Part shown: positions 35,140 through 46,126 of the stretch, one piece after another
How the letters are laid out: each line of letters begins with the position of its first letter
Position numbering within the stretch: the stretch's first letter is position 1
Notes under the pieces: generated by a model
What the model was told of the DNA's origin: nothing
What the model saw: the letters and a program-made list of their open reading frames with translations, nothing else
Database searches by the model: none
NCBI GenBank assembly: GCA_021613535.1
Contig: CP075497.1
Location: forward strand, 5,766,001 to 5,830,000
Source: Adineta vaga
Lineage: Eukaryota > Animalia > Rotifera
Direction: 5' to 3'
Length of the DNA stretch: 64,000 nucleotides
Made by a program: the position numbers and the translations under genes

Positions 35140-38100
35140 TCAATTTTCGTTTATGCATGGAATGATAGCATTGGTCTGATCAGGAAATGTTTCATCGGAA
35201 GAAGATAAATCAAACTCATCTTGTTCATGTGGTTTCATCTAAATTATTAGAATCGAAAAAGAAATTAATTTAATTCTAAGTAATAAACATGAATACATAC
35301 AATCCATAAACCAAAACCAGCTTTTTGAAAAGCTTTGCTAATCTATATAAAATAGCCAGACGAAAGAATATAAATATTTAAACTCAAGAAGTATTACCTC
35401 TTTTTTAGCAGTTTGATAAATAACTGCTAACTGTTTAGCATCACAATATATCGTTGGTGGAGATGAGTCTGGTTTGATTTGTTTCATCAATGTTAACCAT
35501 TGTTGAAATAGAGATGCTTTTGATACAAATGATGAGTCCCCTAATGTTTTTTTTTAGAAAAAAGATGAATTTTATTGAAAGAAAAATATTAATGAACATA
35601 CGAGTAGTTGTTAATCCGCTAAAAGTATCAATAATTTCACATTTTTGATCGACACAATTCCAAACAAATGCATGATTAGGTGCACGAGATGTTGTTCGCA
35701 TTTCTGGACTACTAACACCAGATATAAAAGGTCGTCGTAAACCATACGGAGATGGAATATTATTGCTAATCTAAATATATATATTTAAATAAATAATAAT
35801 ACGATTCATCATCTAATTTTAATCACTTACATGTTCGATACGAGCAAATAATGCTCGTCGAATATGTTCACTATGATAGAGACTACCAATAATAATACTT
35901 GTATAATAAATTGGTTCGATTAATATACTTAATAGAGCACCTATGAAAAAAACAAAGATCAATGAATATCGTTTTAATTTTTCCTACCTTGCAAACCAAT
36001 AAAATTCCATCGACATAATTTATCTGAACAAGACATTGTTAATAATCGTTCACCACCTAAAATTCCATCCCATGTTTGCATACTTTGATATAAAGTTTTT
36101 GCCATCACAGGGATTGTTCCTTCACCTGCTTCTATTTTAGTTCTTAATAAACCACGAGATTTTCTTAATGAATGTCTAAATTCAAATAATGACCATACGA
36201 TAGAATGAGAACAATTGAACTAATTTACCCCGTTTGTTTATTATTTGAATCGGAATTCGTTGTTGTCGATGATGACAATGGTTGTTCAGAATTAGATTCT
36301 TGGGGAGCAAAAAGACGACCATCACCACAAGGCGATGTTGATATATATAAATGAAAAGCAACAGATGTTTTTAGTCGAAATTGGTCCGTATCTGGAATTC
36401 TTTCAAAAATTGAATCAAAATTATTATCTTCAATTAATGATTGTAATTGTTGATAACAGTAACGTATCAAACATCGACGTGAGACAATCTCAGCATGACA
36501 ATCATTTAATGATTGACCATTGAGTGTAAGACGATCTCCGCTGATACATTTAGTTCCTGTTGTTATACAAATAACTTCTATTGTATCAAGGTTAAAATTA
36601 CGTGTTACCACAACACCAGCTAAGACTTTTCGTCGTTGAAGACGTACATCATTATGTGTCAATTGATTGAATTTTTCTTGTATACATGATGCAATACGAT
36701 CAGCTAGATCACGACGTGAATATGGGAGATCAGTTGGAAGAGTGTCACTTTCTACTGGTATACCACCTATAGTAAAGCAAACGAATAGAAGTCATTCATC
36801 AATTCTTATCAGATAATAACGAGAAAGTTTTGTGAAACATATGGTTAAATATTTGAGATGGTAATTAAATCTTTCGAAAGCTAGGTTTACACAGTTAATA
36901 AAAGAACAGAAGAAAAGCATAGAATACGCATTGATTCTTTGCAAAGATTAGATAACAGATCAGTAAAACCATAGGAAAAAAACAGTTGATAAGTTTGTAA
37001 GGAATCTTTCATTTAACACATATAGATTATAATGAAGTATAAATTCAATTACATAGTAACATAAAAGAAGTCTATTCTTATATGAAAAGGAAGAAACTAT
37101 TCCCAAGAGAATAACATGACTTTGAAATTAATCAATTTATGTATATTAAATGACTTACCTTCTTTGTCAAAACACATACCAAATAACTTCTCCAATATGG
37201 ATTGTGCAGCTTTTGTTTTAGCTAACTTTTTACTACGTCCTGTACCAATAAAACGTTGACCATCAACAGTAATAGCAAATTTAAATTCACGTTGTTCATT
37301 TATTGATAAAGACAATGTTTCATCAACAATTTCTTCAAATTGTGCATCACGTTTCAATTGATTAAGAAGATAGAGTGGACTTAAACCACTTTGAATTTCA
37401 CGCGGTTCAACTACGAAAGGACTTGATGTTGTTCGTGGAATAGTATCACTATTTATAGTTGATGACGAAGTATTTGTGTTTATAATATCAATATCAGTAT
37501 TTATTGTTATGGCTGCTGTTGATGTTGTCGTTGTTGTTGTTGTTGTTTCAGGTTCATTGGGCACATCGTCAAATAATTGAAGTGGTAAATCGGAAAAAGA
37601 TCGGAGAGCTTTTTCAGCAGCTAAATTATCAAAACAAAAGATTACAGATTAATGGAAAGAAGTTCTTAAGAAATTTTACCGGCTTGTTTTGCTTCTTTTT
37701 TTGTTTGAGCCATACCTTCAAATACTTGTCCATTAACTTCAACAGCCATAGTAAATATCGGTCGATGTGATGGACCTGTTTGAGCAACAAGTTTATATTC
37801 AACTGATGGTTTGAGTTCATGTAATAACATGAGCGCATTTTTCGATGTTGGTGATGTACTGTCATTATTATTGCTAGTTATTGATGACTGATTTGATGAA
37901 GATGTAGATGTTTGTATTGGCGATATTTTTGGTCGTTTTTTCGGCCAAATCGGTGATTGTTGTTGTGAATCGTAGAGATCATCACGTGGTCGTTTATACC
38001 CGTGGGATATAGTTGATAATGTTTGTTGCAATGCATTATGTTCGACTAAAAGTACACGTGATCATACATCAAACATTAATCTCATCGGAAAAACACCAAA

Positions 38101-38603
38101 CATGTGCTAATCGTTACATAGATATGTATACAGTTCTCTAAAACTTTCATATATATTTATTCTATCTTTTTTTTATCTTTACATGTTCTAAGTGATGATT
38201 TATTCATAGTGACATGATATGAAATTACTCGTACTATATTCGATCTCGAGTAATCTGAAACGACAACAACTCAAGAAGTTGTACCAAACGAGCAGCTTGT
38301 CAATATTCATTATTATATTAGAAAACAATGCGTCTGCAATCACATTGTGTTAAAACGCTTAATATTTCCATAGTCAATTGAAGGAAAGAGCGGAGAGAAG
38401 CGGAAAAAAGGAAACTTACACTTGGTAGTTGTGCACAAGTTAAATGGATTGTTTAAGAGTGCGGTATTATAAAGAGGGATTGTTTGAGAAGATGAAAAGT
38501 CCGTCGGTACGGGCCCTAATAAAGTTGTTGTAGGTCCACCAGAGGTAGAAGTCGAAGTTGACAAAGGCATATAAACAACACGACCGAGTGGAAACATATG
38601 CAT
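35140..38603 (-). CDS. ADARB1: Double-stranded RNA-specific adenosine deaminase, ADAR2-like (2 dsRBMs plus deaminase domain)
   Basis: dsRBM1 [10 protein letters not shown]...GPSHRPIF...KKEAKQ; dsRBM2 ...GRSKKLAK. Deaminase motifs [41 protein letters not shown]. Stop at 35140-35142. Confidence 0.92.
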
Positions 38604-38760
38604 TTTCGATATGGACGATCGATGATGTTGATTGAAAGCGTCAGTGAGTATCGTGTTGTGTGAAAGCGATAATATATAGCGTATCGCGTAGATAAGCAAA
38701 AATCCGTTTTACTACTATTCTTTCTTTAGTTGCTTACTGCTCTAACGGGTGTCAAACATA

Positions 38761-38763
38761 GGA

Positions 38764-38796
<33 letters not shown>

Positions 38797-38822
38797 AGCA
38801 AAAGAAGTAGAGACAGAGAGAA
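38761..38822. repeat. (GA)n-rich tract upstream of the proximal ADAR first exon
   Basis: Imperfect GAGA run visible in the sequence. Confidence 0.55.
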
Positions 38823-40106
38823 AGCGCGACTTTTTCCTTTGCTCTATTTCTCTCTTTTCTTTTTATCTCACTAACGATTTAATATAAATATCTTTGTCTG
38901 TTTGTACTTTTTTTTTTATTCTTTTCTGGTAATATAAAAAAAGCTCGACGACGATGTACTCACACAAGCTGAAAAGAAAATGACATTGATCATCATCTTT
39001 TCTATACTCGATCGACACCGATTGGAAGCAAACAAGCGTACATGACACAGTGAAACATGATTTTTCTATTGAAAAATCGAGTTAATGAAGAAGAATGAAT
39101 ACTAGTTGATGAGAGATGAAGTTCATTTCATTTCTAGCTTATGGAATCTGTCAAGCATGCCTGTCTTGCTTGTTTTCTTCTCAATATGATTGATACTCCA
39201 TGTTCGTTTGTTCTATAGAAAAATCGTTTTTCTTCAGCTATCTTTCATTCTTTTTTCTCTTACAATCGGAAATCGGATGACAAACAGTGAAGAGTAATGA
39301 GATGATTGTGGATCTAAAAGATGCCGTTCTCATAGACATAAATCATGAATCGACATATCTTTTTCTCCTAGTTTCATATCATGATTGCAATAGTGCATAG
39401 ACAAACTATGAATCTTCTCTTCATCATCTACTTATCATCATTAAGTGAATGACATTTGTATGGATAGAATCAGTTGATTTCTTTTTATCCAGGAAGGACG
39501 AAAATGTCTCTTTCTAGCACGCAATATCATCTGTGTGTATGTATGTATGTATGTAAGTAGATTCTAATTACAATAGAAATCAAGCAAGATCTTTTTCTAG
39601 TTGTAGCTTTTCTTTTGTAATTATTAGTTCTCCACTTCTTTGCTCGATTACAAGAGAAAGACAGACAGACAGAAGCAAACAAATAATGATGAGAGAAAGA
39701 AGCTTGACCAACAGCAAATAACTTGTTGATATAGGCTACACTGTTTACTTTACTAAATTACGACTTGTCGTCTTTTTTTTCTGTTTTGCTTATTTAGCTT
39801 GAAATGGTTTCTTTACTTTTCTTTTTCTTTCGCTTTCCATTTGAATATTGAAGTATCTCACTCTCTTTCTATTTCTCTCTTTTTCTATTTTACAAAACGA
39901 AAGAATTTTGCACCACCGCACAACATGATGATGATGATGAGCACTCGAGTGTGCAAGAATTTTAAAAGAATAACAAACTCGACGTTAACGATGACCGACC
40001 ATCAAGTGGTTGAATTAGTTTATTCATACGAAACAACGTCACAATTTAAGAAAAAGGTGCGAGACAAAGTGAGAGAGTGAGAGAAAAAGAAATAGTGTTT
40101 GCTTAC

Positions 40107-40233
40107 TTTGGTTGTTATTAGCATTAGCAATTGGTGTTGACGTTAGAACAGAACTGTCGGAAAAGAGTTCTTGAATACTTCGATTTTCTTCTGTTGAAGA
40201 TTCATTTTGAACACTATCGGAAAAGCTGATCAT
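40107..40233 (-). CDS. Putative distal alternative first coding exon of ADAR
   Basis: ATG 40233, 42 codons + 1 nt, then a GTAAGC donor (phase 1) compatible with the ADAR acceptor at 38045. An AG acceptor near 40245 lies just upstream of the ATG. Confidence 0.55.
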
Positions 40234-40807
40234 GATTTATTAATCTAAAATATATATCTAAAAGGTTTTAATCGGTTACAGTTTACTCGTTAGCGATAGT
40301 TTCTATCATTGGTGACATTAATCGTCAGCAATTGGAATGACTGACGAGTAGACTTATGTCAACAGCAGCTCGAAAAAAGCAAATTCACAGCTCATTTGCT
40401 CGTTTACTCGAGTATCTATTCGTTTCTTTTTATCTTGATATTATATCATATATGGTTCGCAAAACAGTCGGAAGACGTCATATATACACAAACATATCAC
40501 GTAATTGTTTAGAATGTCATCCAGCTGTTAGCAATCTTATTGTCAGCTGTCATCTCCTTCATTTCTATAATGATATATAAAAAAAAGGAAACTTTTACAT
40601 TGTTTTTTTTTCTTCAAATTTATTATCTTAGTATAAGTTTTCGAGTCAACTTTAATATACAATCGAATGAATGAACACACAATAAGTATATGCAACAACG
40701 AAGAGAGCAAAAATAAACCAAATGGATTTCTTCAAATAATTTGAACATATTGACGGACATATTGTGAATAAATAAGAATTATATGGATTTTACATGTATG
40801 AACGTAA

Positions 40808-41884
40808 TTACATTGATTTCATTGATTTATTCTTTTTCATCACGTCATCATGAAGAACTCCTAAATCTCTATGAATATTGTCCATGAGTGGTTTTTGGCC
40901 TTCTAATTCTTGATTCATTTGTAATGCAAGAAATTTCAGACGATTTACACCAAGATGAATATCATCTATAAAAATAACGAAACAAATTCATGAATAGCTT
41001 TTGAAATTTTAAACGAAGAAATATTCTTACGAAGTCCATCTTCTGTTTCACGTTCCATATCATCCATAGCACTACGTGATTTTCCAAAATAAGTATCAGT
41101 ATCATCTTTCACATTTGTTGGACGAGTAGTAATTGCTGCTGCTGTGGCATTTTGTGTTGCAGCTATTTTCTTCTTTTCACCGTTACTTATTTGTGGTTGA
41201 GATGTGGATTTTGAGATCGTACTTTTCGGTGGTTGAAAGTAATTTTTTATTCCACCAAATACTGATCCTAATTTATTTAGATTTCGTTGAGCATCCACAA
41301 GATTAGCATCGATTGTACGACAACGTTCATGAATATTTTCTAATTGTTCTCGTTGTTGAACTAATTCCTACAAAAGAAAAAATAAGAAATTTGATCTTTC
41401 TAATCAAACTAATCGACATCAGACAACGTCATATACATTCTTCAAGGTCAACAAAACAAGTAGAAACAGACTAACAATACTACTGAATTGTCTCAAACAT
41501 CTTGTTAATGATAAAATACTATTTTTAAAAGAAATTCTTCATGTCATTACATATTAGATAAATTAGATATAAGAATATTCTTTTCATTTCTATAGAATAT
41601 TACTGTTTGAATTTTATTAACTCAGGGATATTGTCTCATTCTTCTGGATATCTTTTGCTTGAAGTAAAATATTCTTTTAAAATTTATAGAAAAAAAAAAG
41701 AATTTCTTTTTTCAATAATTAATCTTCTTACCACCGCTGTATTTGTTCCAATAGCTTCCGATTCACTGATCAAACCAAGCATTCGACGTGTCGAATCAAG
41801 AATACTCGTTTTCTTTTCATGAATCTGTTTTTGAATAGTAAGTACTTCATCTTGATTATTATTACTTGTTACTGAAGCCGACAT
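40808..41884 (-). CDS. SNAP29: SNAP29-like Qbc-SNARE
   Basis: SN1 LDSTRRMLGLISESEAIGTNTA/ELVQQREQL...AQRNLNKLGSVFGGIKNYF and SN2 ...LKFLALQMNQELEGQ. No palmitoylation Cys cluster in the linker. Three exons. Confidence 0.85.
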
Positions 41885-41964
41885 TTTATCGTAGAAAATG
41901 AAGATGAGTTACAGTTACACGTATATGATCGCAAATAAATATGCGGCCTATGATAAACAAAAAT

Positions 41965-41990
41965 TGACGTCATGAGTTGAGTCACATGTC
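41965..41990. promoter_or_regulatory. Clustered CRE, AP-1 and E-box motifs in a putative bidirectional promoter
   Basis: TGACGTCA (41965-41972), TGAGTCA (41978-41984) and overlapping GTCACATGTC (41981-41990) lie between divergent SNAP29 and Kv/IST1. Confidence 0.4.
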
Positions 41991-42212
41991 GCGTATCGCT
42001 ACTATCAACGTCTACAAAATGTATTAATATTTCTCAACGAATGAAATCTTTTGTTGAGATTTTCCACCATCCCTTGTTTTAAAATATCATTGGCGAGTTG
42101 TCAAGTGTGATGATTCATAGAAATAAACAAAGAAAGATGAATCATGAAAATTCTAGTAATTCATCAAGCGCCTTTTTTTGCATGATAATTGCAGAAAATA
42201 AATATTTATCCT

Positions 42213-43397
42213 ATGAATGCGTCATTTGACTGCAAGGGTTGGAAGGATTTAGAAAAGTCTTATCCAAATCTAATCTCTGGTGCTCCACCAAGAATTCAAA
42301 TCAATGTTTGTGGACATATTTATGAAATTTATGTAGGTTTGTAAATAAATATTTAGAGAGGAAAAATCCATTTGAAATTGATAGGAATTCTTGATGCCTA
42401 TCCAGAAACCCTTCTTGGTAATTCAAAACAACGAGAAAGATATCGATGGAATGATCAAATGCTTTTCTTTCATCGACATCCATCGTTTTTTGTCTATATA
42501 TTATCTTATTATATTTACGGGTTTATAAAACGACCTATTCATATTCCGTATGATGTTTATATTGAAGAATGTCGATTTTTTTCAATACCCATTGAAGATC
42601 AAAATCAAAGTTTACATTTCAATGAAATGAAAAATGAAAAAGTTATTTTCAGAAAATCATTTTATTGGTTTAGTTTCTTTCTAACAATTTTATCTTGTTT
42701 TATCTTGTTCTTCGATGATTTGGCAAAATCCGATTTTCTCTACAATCAGTTTACTTCAGATGGACAAATTGTATACAATATTATTTTGAAGAATTCAATT
42801 TCAGTTTGGATCGATCTCAATTGTACAATATGGTTTATGATTGAATTTTATATTCGTTTTTCGTATTTAGTAATTGAACGAGATTTTCAATTATATATTG
42901 ATATTCTTTCAATATCTCCTGTTTGTTTATTTTTATTAACAAATGCTTTATCACAATGGTTTCCTCATTTATGTCTACTCTATCCATATTATATCTGTTT
43001 AAAATCTTTTCGAATTCTACGCCTAATTCGTTATATACCAGATTTAGATTTGATTAGGAAAACTTTAGTTTTATCATTGAATTATTTGTCAATAACATTA
43101 GTTCTTTGTTCATTATTTATTATACAATTTGGATTGATTATTTATCTATTAGAAAGAACAGATTCATCTTCGAATATTGTCAGTCCAGATAATGGACTTT
43201 CATGGGCTATTGAAACATTGTCAACAATTGGATTCGGTGAATTTATTCTGCATACATTTGAAGGAAGAATTTTATCGATATTTGCCTGTATATTTGGTTT
43301 AATTTTATTTGCAATTCCAATACCATTGATATTCCGAAAATATCAAATACTTTATGAGAATTCTTTAAAACGAAATATTTGGATTAGATACCGATGA
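42213..43397 (+). CDS. Divergent voltage-gated potassium channel subunit (Kv/Shaker superfamily: T1 domain + 6 TM)
   Basis: T1 RIQINVCGHIYE/ILDAYPETLLG...FFHRHPSFF..IL.YY across an intron (~42337-42384). S4 KSFRILRLIR, pore WAIETLSTIGFGE, S6 AIPIP. Start codon uncertain (42213 or 42144). Confidence 0.85.
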
Positions 43398-43446
43398 ACT
43401 GAATCTCTTTAGTTATTATTTTAGATTAAATTGTTTTTGTTTTAAA

Positions 43447-45375
43447 ATGACGAGTAATAAATGGATCACAGACCTGAAAACTCTTCTTCAAGTTGCCAAA
43501 GCTCGACTTGATGTACGAGAAAAGAAAAAAACTGAACAAGTTGCCAAAGAACGTTATACCGTAGCAGATTATATACGAAATAATAAAACACCTCGAGCAC
43601 GAATTGGTAAGAATGATTGGAAAAATAAACTTTGAAAACTCATATTGTTCTCTTTTAGCTGTTGAGCATCTAGTTCGAGAAGATTATAAAATTGAAGCTA
43701 TGGATCGAATAGAAGCATATGTTGATACACTTCTCATGAGACTACAATTGGTCAAAGATCGTCCGTATGTTTAATATTGATATGGTTTTCAGTTTTTTGA
43801 GAATTATTGCCATCGGGATTTGTTTCTAGGAAAAATGGTACAGTTGATCCAGCTGTTGAACAACCATTAGCCAATATTTTATGGGCAGCACCATTCCTTG
43901 CTCAAGATATACCTGAACTCGGTCAAGTAACATTGATGTTTAAAAAACATTTTGGATCAGAGTAAGTTTTTTTTTATCAAAATCATTCGATCGAAACATT
44001 TTGTTTTTTTTCTCTTGTTAGATATGTAACAATGTGTGAACAAAATAAACTTGGTATGGTTGATGTTGACTTGTTACGATGTTTAAGCTGTGATCTGATA
44101 CCAAAATTACTTATTGAGAAATATTTAGTGGAAATATGTCGTAGTCAAAATGTTCCATTTGAACCTGATCAAACTATAATGGCTCAAGATGAATTTTGGA
44201 CGATTGGACAACGATATGTTCAACATCCACCTGTTAATGATGAAAAACGACCACCTCCACCACCATCAAGTGGTGGTGCTTCGTCGACCGGCGGAAGTGG
44301 AGGCGGCGGAGCTGTTGCACAATATCCCAGTTATCAAGCAACTCAACCGAGTGCACCTCAGGTACGTGTATTGTTTTATTTTGTTTCAATGAAGTTTTTG
44401 TTAATTAAAAACATATTTGTTATAACTATAAAAATTTTACTAGTTTGAAAAACCTCCTCCAACATATTCAGCTGTAAGTTTCTATTGTTTTCTTGAAGAT
44501 TGATTCGATGTTTGGCTTAAATATCTCGCTGCTCATTGCATGTTTTTATTTTTGTTTGCTTGTCTTTTTTCTTACTATTAGTCTTATATAAGGTTCATGT
44601 GAGATAGAGTAAGATGGATTTAATATATTTAGGCTTTGATAGAGGCGGAAATAACTGACGTTCATAGATGAAACAGAAAGATTTTCAGTCCATAATAGTT
44701 AGTTAATATTGACATGATTAGGCATCCAAGTAGTCGTTACTTTCTAATATGTATTCTATTACAGGATAAATCAGATCAACTAACATTATACTTATCAGGA
44801 AACAATCGTGTATGTATTAAGTAGATCATTTTTTCACTCACATTCAGATTATTAGACTTAGTATTCAAAGACATTACATAATATATAGATAAGATTGCTT
44901 TTTATGCATGATAACATGATGCTAAAACACAATTTTCATAATATTAGGTCAATATAAAACAAATGCATGATTCTGAAAATTCCTTCCAGGTAGACATAAA
45001 ACTTGCTTGCTTCATTTTTACTTGCAATATGTGTACCGATTTCCCTAGTACATTTGTATAGTCTTCTTAAAAGTGCATCATCTTATGATTTTCTTTTCTT
45101 TCTTTTAGCAACAACCACAATATCCTAATATAAATTTCGGTCCATCAATTCCACCTCCACCACCATCGTCATCATCAAATGCACCTCGTATTGGTTTTAC
45201 CGTGGATAATGATGCTAAAATGCCTTTCAATGATCCATTTCCTCAAGTACCTACTGGACATGATCGTTATTCACCACCACCGCCGCCGTCTCCTCCATCA
45301 GGAAATGATGGTTCAAATGATCCTGGTTTTGATGATTTAGCTCGTCGATTTGAAGAATTAAAGAAACGAAAATAA
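43447..45375 (+). CDS. IST1: IST1 homolog (ESCRT-III-associated)
   Basis: RLDVREKKKTE...ADYI....RARIAVEHLVREDY.IEAM N-terminal domain and C-terminal MIM FDDLARRFEELKKRK*. Confidence 0.92.
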
Positions 45376-46126
45376 TGAACAAATCATGATGTATAAAATA
45401 AACTATTTCTTCGTCTTATCAACAACATTTCTATTTCAGCACTTTTATTTATGCGTATTACGTATGAAAAACAAGACCAAGTTTTCTCCACTTCCTCTTT
45501 CTTTCTTTCTTTTTGACTAAATATTTTATTAGAACATTTTGTATTTGAAAGCCTTTTTCCTTCAAACCGTTTAAATTCATACAAAATGAGTGTTAAAATG
45601 GGGAAAAGACATTTGACATTGTTCATTAAACTTTAATATAAAAGATAAACAAAACCACATTATGACTTATGTATGATTATCTCTGCAATGCTAATAATAT
45701 CTCTCAAAAATAGATATCCATATGAAGAAACGTCTTGATTCATTGAAGCAATACTAAACGCAAGAATGCGCTAACATAAAGTTGTGACAAATGTTATTTG
45801 TTTCTAGTAAAGTTTAATTAAAAGATGAGACGTAAAAAGAATCTTGATTTTCATTTGTTTACATACAAAAATATATGTAAACATACGAGAAGAATCAATC
45901 AAATCAAACTATTGGTTTAAAAATCGCGAGTATTCTTTTTCAGTTCCACATTCCTGTGTTTTTAAAGTAAAGAGAGGTATATGTCTCGACAACTATATGT
46001 GTAATGGCTATACTCTTTTTTTTTAAAGAATTGAATGAGAAAAAGAAAGTTTCAAATGAATAGAAAAAAGTGACAAAATGGAAGTCACACCTTATACAGA
46101 GACAGAATATTCGCTCAGTAGAACGA

